Assembly: GCA_947464705.1 (NCBI GenBank)
Contig: CANHYD010000001.1
Span: 1 to 39,851 of the forward strand
Direction of reading: 5' to 3'
DNA from: Verrucomicrobiota bacterium
GTDB lineage: Bacteria; Verrucomicrobiota; Verrucomicrobiia; Limisphaerales; UBA9464
DNA length: 39,851 bases
The notes under the pieces were generated by a model. That model worked only from the letters and a program-made list of their open reading frames with translations. It was not told the origin of the DNA and made no database searches. Numbering within the stretch: the stretch's first letter is position 1; every line of letters begins with the position of its first letter. Shown one piece after another: positions 36,613 through 39,851 of the stretch. The position numbers and the translations under genes are program-made.

Positions 36613-36644
36613 GTGGGCCGGTCGCGCTCGGCCAAACAGCCCAC
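36613..36644. terminator. Hairpin between convergent flhF and HDOD genes; candidate bidirectional terminator
   Basis: GTGGGC (36613-36618) pairs with GCCCAC (36639-36644). An alternative inner stem is GGCCG/CGGCC. It lies 22 nt after the flhF stop and 2 nt after the HDOD stop. The T-run (CTTT) is weak. Confidence 0.3.
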
Positions 36645-36646
36645 CT

Positions 36647-37936
36647 TTAGAAAAGCTTCGCGAGTTCAGCCGCCTTGCTGACGGATTCGTTGCAGACCTG
36701 ATCCAAGGCCTCTCGGGGGACCTGATACCGCTGGCTGACCTTGTTGGCGAAGATCTCGTTCCACTCCTCGCCGTGGGACGGATGGAGCGAACTCACATAG
36801 TGCGCCGGATCAGGACGAGTCGGGGCCGCGCTATCATTGTGGTCCTTGAGGCACAGCATCACATCCTCTGGCAATTCCCAGTTGAGTGCCACCAAGGCCC
36901 CGACCTCGGCATGGTCCCATCCGAGAGTCTCATGTTCCAGCGCGTGGAGATCCCGCTTCTCTTCGACGGCGGTCGAAAAGATCTTCATATAGTCGTCCTT
37001 CTTGCTGCTGACGATCAACGGCACGCTGAGATCCTGCAGGAACCCGGCGGTGAAGGAGAGGTTGGCTTTGGAGGGTTGGACAATGTCTGCCAGTTCCCGG
37101 GCCAGGACCGCGCGACGGGAGCTGGCCTTCCAGAAGTCACCCAGCGCGAACTTCGGATGGGTTTGGCTGGGCAATGCGGCCTTCGAACCGACGATCATCA
37201 CGATACGCTCGAGGTCGGCATTGCCCATGAGCATGATGGCGTGATCCAGGGACTGGACCTTACTTTTCGGCGAGTACGCGGTGGAGTTCACCGTGTTCAT
37301 GACCTTGCCGACCAACTGGGCATCGACCGACATGACCTCCATGATCTTTCCGGGAGTCGTGTCAGGATCCCGGAGCCGCCGCAGGGTTTCGAAAACGGCT
37401 TTCCGAAAACGCGGGACCTCGACATCCCCGAGGAGTTGGCGGATACGATCTTTGACGTCGTTCTGAGACCACCCCGCGTACGGATTGACGATCGCCGGTG
37501 CGTCTGGAACGACGATGCCAGACGGCGTGGTGGCCGATCCCGGCACCCCCACCATGGCTCCCCCCACCGCAGTGCCACGAATCAACCGGGGCCGAGGCCG
37601 CTCGATGACCTGGATGATCGGTCGGCGCGGAGCGATGATGGCTCCCTTGCCTCGGCGACCGCCCTTCCCGGCTGGTGACTTTGGCTTGGGTGTCGGCTTC
37701 GGCGGGGAGGGCGGAATGACCGGCTTGGTCCCTCCATGCCCATGGGTTGCCTTCCAAACCGACAAGGCTGGGTTGGCTTCGGCCTCGTGGCTTCCCAGTT
37801 TCAGGCCCTTCCCTAGCAAGGCACCTTGAACCAACGAGCCGAGCGAACGAGCCAATCGAGCGGCTCTTCCGGGTTTCGCGACCGGAGCAACCGAGGAAGG
37901 CGCTGGTTTTAGGGGAGATCCCTCGACTGGTTTCAT
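36647..37936 (-). CDS. HDOD-domain signalling protein with Pro/Lys/Gly-rich N-terminal region
   Basis: Motifs: VMSVDAQLVGKVMNTVNSTAYSPKSKVQSLDHAIMLMG, SFTAGFLQDLSVPLIV, LGWDHAEVGALVALNWELPEDV. Start is set at ATG 37936 because the longer ORF would overlap the upstream gene. Confidence 0.8.
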   Translation of the reverse strand: MKPVEGSPLKPAPSSVAPVAKPGRAARLARSLGSLVQGALLGKGLKLGSHEAEANPALSVWKATHGHGGTKPVIPPSPPKPTPKPKSPAGKGGRRGKGAIIAPRRPIIQVIERPRPRLIRGTAVGGAMVGVPGSATTPSGIVVPDAPAIVNPYAGWSQNDVKDRIRQLLGDVEVPRFRKAVFETLRRLRDPDTTPGKIMEVMSVDAQLVGKVMNTVNSTAYSPKSKVQSLDHAIMLMGNADLERIVMIVGSKAALPSQTHPKFALGDFWKASSRRAVLARELADIVQPSKANLSFTAGFLQDLSVPLIVSSKKDDYMKIFSTAVEEKRDLHALEHETLGWDHAEVGALVALNWELPEDVMLCLKDHNDSAAPTRPDPAHYVSSLHPSHGEEWNEIFANKVSQRYQVPREALDQVCNESVSKAAELAKLF

Positions 37937-37944
37937 GAGGTTGG

Positions 37945-39417
37945 CTATTCGCCGCGACGCCCCAATTGGTTGCTGAAGATGGTCAGCAATCCGCCCAGCC
38001 CCACGTAACCTACCAGGGTCAGCAAATTCACGACGAATTGGGCAGGCACTGTCTTGGGGAGCACATCCCCGAAACCGAGGGTCAGTGCCACAACGAATGA
38101 AAAGTAAATGGTTTCGTACCAACTCCGTTGGAAATCCGTTGGAACAAACAGGGCCGGTGTCACCACTCCCAGGGGGGCAGAGCTCCGCCAGCTGGATCCC
38201 TGGCCTTGCAACTCAGCCAAACTCGAGGCCGCAAGAAGATTTCCTCCATCCTGGTCCTTCAGGTCCAGGGACGACCGCGTCGACCACAAGGCCAGAGCGT
38301 CCTCCTTGGGCAGGTAAGCAGCAGTGATCTCCTGATGGGTGGCGGCATGGATGCGTTCGCACAGCTGGTTGAGCGAATCCTTCTCTGGATCGTAGGGAAC
38401 CACAGTTCCATTGATCTTGAGAGCTCCTGTGGTGAGGGCGGTGGCGAAGCCGGCCGTTTTCATCGGAACGTCCGGATCGACCTTCGTGAGGCTGTCCGGC
38501 AAGAGGGCAAAGACGAGGGCAAATGCACCGATGAGTATGAAATTCAGCACCACCCATCGAAACAGGCTTCGCCCGCAATCGGAGGTCAGCCACCAAAGCC
38601 AATAAATCACCCGAGCCATTCGGCCTTGGTTGCGAAACTCCTCGAGATAGTTTTCATCCACGATGTGGCGGCGCACCAAATACGCGCCGGTAAAATCGAT
38701 GTCTCGAATGTCGGAACCGATCCAGTTCGCAGTCGTGTAGTTCTTCAGACCGCGCAATTGAATCGCATGCAAGTCGGCCTTGCCGAAATCCGCACGGGTG
38801 ACATCGCATTCGCGCAGGTCGCTTCCGGTGAGATTGGCCTGGTTGAACTCGGTCTCCTGCAATTTGCACTCCAAGAGTCGCGCATCCTGAATGGACGCCA
38901 GATGGACCCGAGCCTTCGCCCAGCTCGACTTGATCGCGCTGGCACCGTCGAAGTTGGCTCGTATCAAATTGGCACCGTCGAAGATCGCATCGCCAAAGCC
39001 GGCACCCTGCGCCGAGGCCTCACTCAAATTGGCTCCCCGAAAGGAGGACGCCATAAACTCACCACCATCCAGGCAAGCTTGGAACAGCGTTGCCTCATCG
39101 AACTTGGCATGAGTGGCGACCACCCCCTTAAAGTTGCAGCGACTGAGTTCACTGCCCGTGAAGTCACAACCGGAAAGGTCCAGTCCGCTGAAATCCCGAC
39201 CGAGAAAGTTCATGCCCGAGAGGCGCTGCAACTCGATGGGGAGCGCCTCTCCAGCCACCTGTGCTTGGCGGTAGCGGATGAGAATCTCATCTTCCCGACT
39301 CAGTGTCTCGGTGGTGACCGGGGCTGCCGTCTCCGATGAATCCGGCACACCCGGAACCTCTGTTTCAGAAGGCAACGGGTTCTCAATGGGATCGTTTTCG
39401 GTCAACTCGGTGGACAT
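37945..39417 (-). CDS. Pentapeptide-repeat protein fused to a two-TM K+-channel-type pore domain
   Basis: About 180 aa of A(D/N)LxX repeats (for example ANLSEASAQGAGFGDAIFDGANLIRANFDGAS). TM1 is FRWVVLNFILIGAFALVFALL. The pore helix plus filter is YETIYFSFVVALTLGFGDV, followed by TM2. Confidence 0.8.
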   Translation of the reverse strand: MSTELTENDPIENPLPSETEVPGVPDSSETAAPVTTETLSREDEILIRYRQAQVAGEALPIELQRLSGMNFLGRDFSGLDLSGCDFTGSELSRCNFKGVVATHAKFDEATLFQACLDGGEFMASSFRGANLSEASAQGAGFGDAIFDGANLIRANFDGASAIKSSWAKARVHLASIQDARLLECKLQETEFNQANLTGSDLRECDVTRADFGKADLHAIQLRGLKNYTTANWIGSDIRDIDFTGAYLVRRHIVDENYLEEFRNQGRMARVIYWLWWLTSDCGRSLFRWVVLNFILIGAFALVFALLPDSLTKVDPDVPMKTAGFATALTTGALKINGTVVPYDPEKDSLNQLCERIHAATHQEITAAYLPKEDALALWSTRSSLDLKDQDGGNLLAASSLAELQGQGSSWRSSAPLGVVTPALFVPTDFQRSWYETIYFSFVVALTLGFGDVLPKTVPAQFVVNLLTLVGYVGLGGLLTIFSNQLGRRGE

Positions 39418-39657
39418 GGCAATGGTCTTGGAGACACAGGTCGGTACCGTTCCCCGGAGTAGGTATGCGTCAGGACTGCGGCCGCCTTAAGGACGTATTG
39501 CGGTTTGATTGGATTTCCGACGGCTGTATTCTGGTAGGCGAGGGTGTTCGGAGGCGGCGCACCCGGACAGCGCGGGTTGGAACTAGGCTCGATGCGCCAG
39601 CTCGATACAGCCCATTGAGCGTCCGTCTTGCTGGTTGAATCACCGATTGAGAGTCCC

Positions 39658-39851
39658 ATGACCACTGTTCTCCTTGCTGACGACCATGCGATTGTGCGTC
39701 GGGGCTTCAGCATGATCCTCGCGGCTCAGTCGGACTTCCGTGTCATCGCCGAAGTGTCTAACGGTCGCGAGGCGGTCGAACAGGGAGAAAAGCTTCAGCC
39801 GGCACTGTGCGTGATGGACGTGAGCATGCCCGACCTCAATGGCATCGAGGC
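39658..39851 (+). CDS. NarL/FixJ-type response regulator, receiver domain N-terminus; 3' end lies outside the window
   Basis: Not in the ORF track because it runs off the window. My translation is MTTVLLADDHAIVRRGFSMILAAQSDFRVIAEVSNGREAVEQGEKLQPALCVMDVSMPDLNGIE, with the typical LLADDH...D(V/I)SMPxxNG receiver motifs. Confidence 0.8.
   Translation, partial: MTTVLLADDHAIVRRGFSMILAAQSDFRVIAEVSNGREAVEQGEKLQPALCVMDVSMPDLNGIE

Noticed and set aside
36551-37678. 375-aa plus-strand ORF, with a similar 403-aa ORF at 38128-39339
   Set aside because: Both are antisense to the HDOD and pentapeptide/channel genes, whose products carry clear domain signatures. Their own products are Arg/Gly-rich and low in complexity.
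38003-38122. Upstream extension of the HDOD ORF (491-aa version)
   Set aside because: It would overlap the 3' end of the pentapeptide/channel gene in another frame. ATG 37936 lies 8 nt after that gene's stop and is the parsimonious start.
38941-39013. 30-nt periodic repeat (ggcaccgtcgaag at 38941 and 38971, a variant at 39001)
   Set aside because: It lies inside the coding sequence and simply encodes consecutive pentapeptide repeat pairs (FDGA...). It is not a CRISPR array or a regulatory tandem repeat.
39418-39657. 240-nt divergent intergenic region scanned for a riboswitch, sigma-54 motifs or small ORFs
   Set aside because: No -24/-12 motif with correct spacing was found and no recognisable riboswitch core. 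The ORFs listed there (39336-39638 on + and 39402-39713 on -) lack motifs and overlap the real gene starts.

Overview
GC-rich bacterial chromosomal window dominated by a flagellar regulon. All homology calls come from motifs read in the supplied translations; no database search was run. Left ~7 kb (+ strand) holds non-flagellar genes: the 3' end of a DUF1501 protein, a 2Fe-2S ferredoxin, an MFS transporter, a secreted PQQ-like beta-propeller, a circularly permuted ATP-grasp/alpha-E pair and a DsrE/F/H-like trio. From 7.0 to 16.8 kb (- strand) lies a tightly packed string. It runs Sel1-repeat/HtrA-like protein, mutator-transposase-like protein, small 2-TM protein, fliA, motA, motB, orf132, fliD and a lipoprotein. 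A second unit follows: orf89, fliS and a fliT-like gene. From 16.9 to 36.6 kb (+ strand) is a 22-gene operon: flgB-flgC-fliE-fliF-fliG-fliH-fliI-fliJ-motE/flbB-like-fliK-flgD-flgE-fliL-fliM-fliN-fliO-fliP-fliQ-fliR-flhB-flhA-flhF. Many of its junctions are ATGA/GTGA stop-start overlaps. The right end (- strand) carries a pentapeptide-repeat/K+-channel fusion and an HDOD protein, then the 5' end of a NarL-type response regulator (+ strand). I recognised no rRNA, tRNA or CRISPR array. The DUF1501 gene and generally weak Shine-Dalgarno usage hint at a Planctomycetota/Verrucomicrobiota-like host; this is inference only. The most unusual content is the module translationally coupled upstream of fliA. 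It comprises a secreted Sel1-repeat protein with an apparently dead HtrA-like domain, an apparently catalytically dead IS256/mutator-family transposase homologue and a small membrane protein. The 75-bp divergent region between that module and flgB holds two back-to-back sigma-54-type motifs, each placed to give near-leaderless mRNAs.
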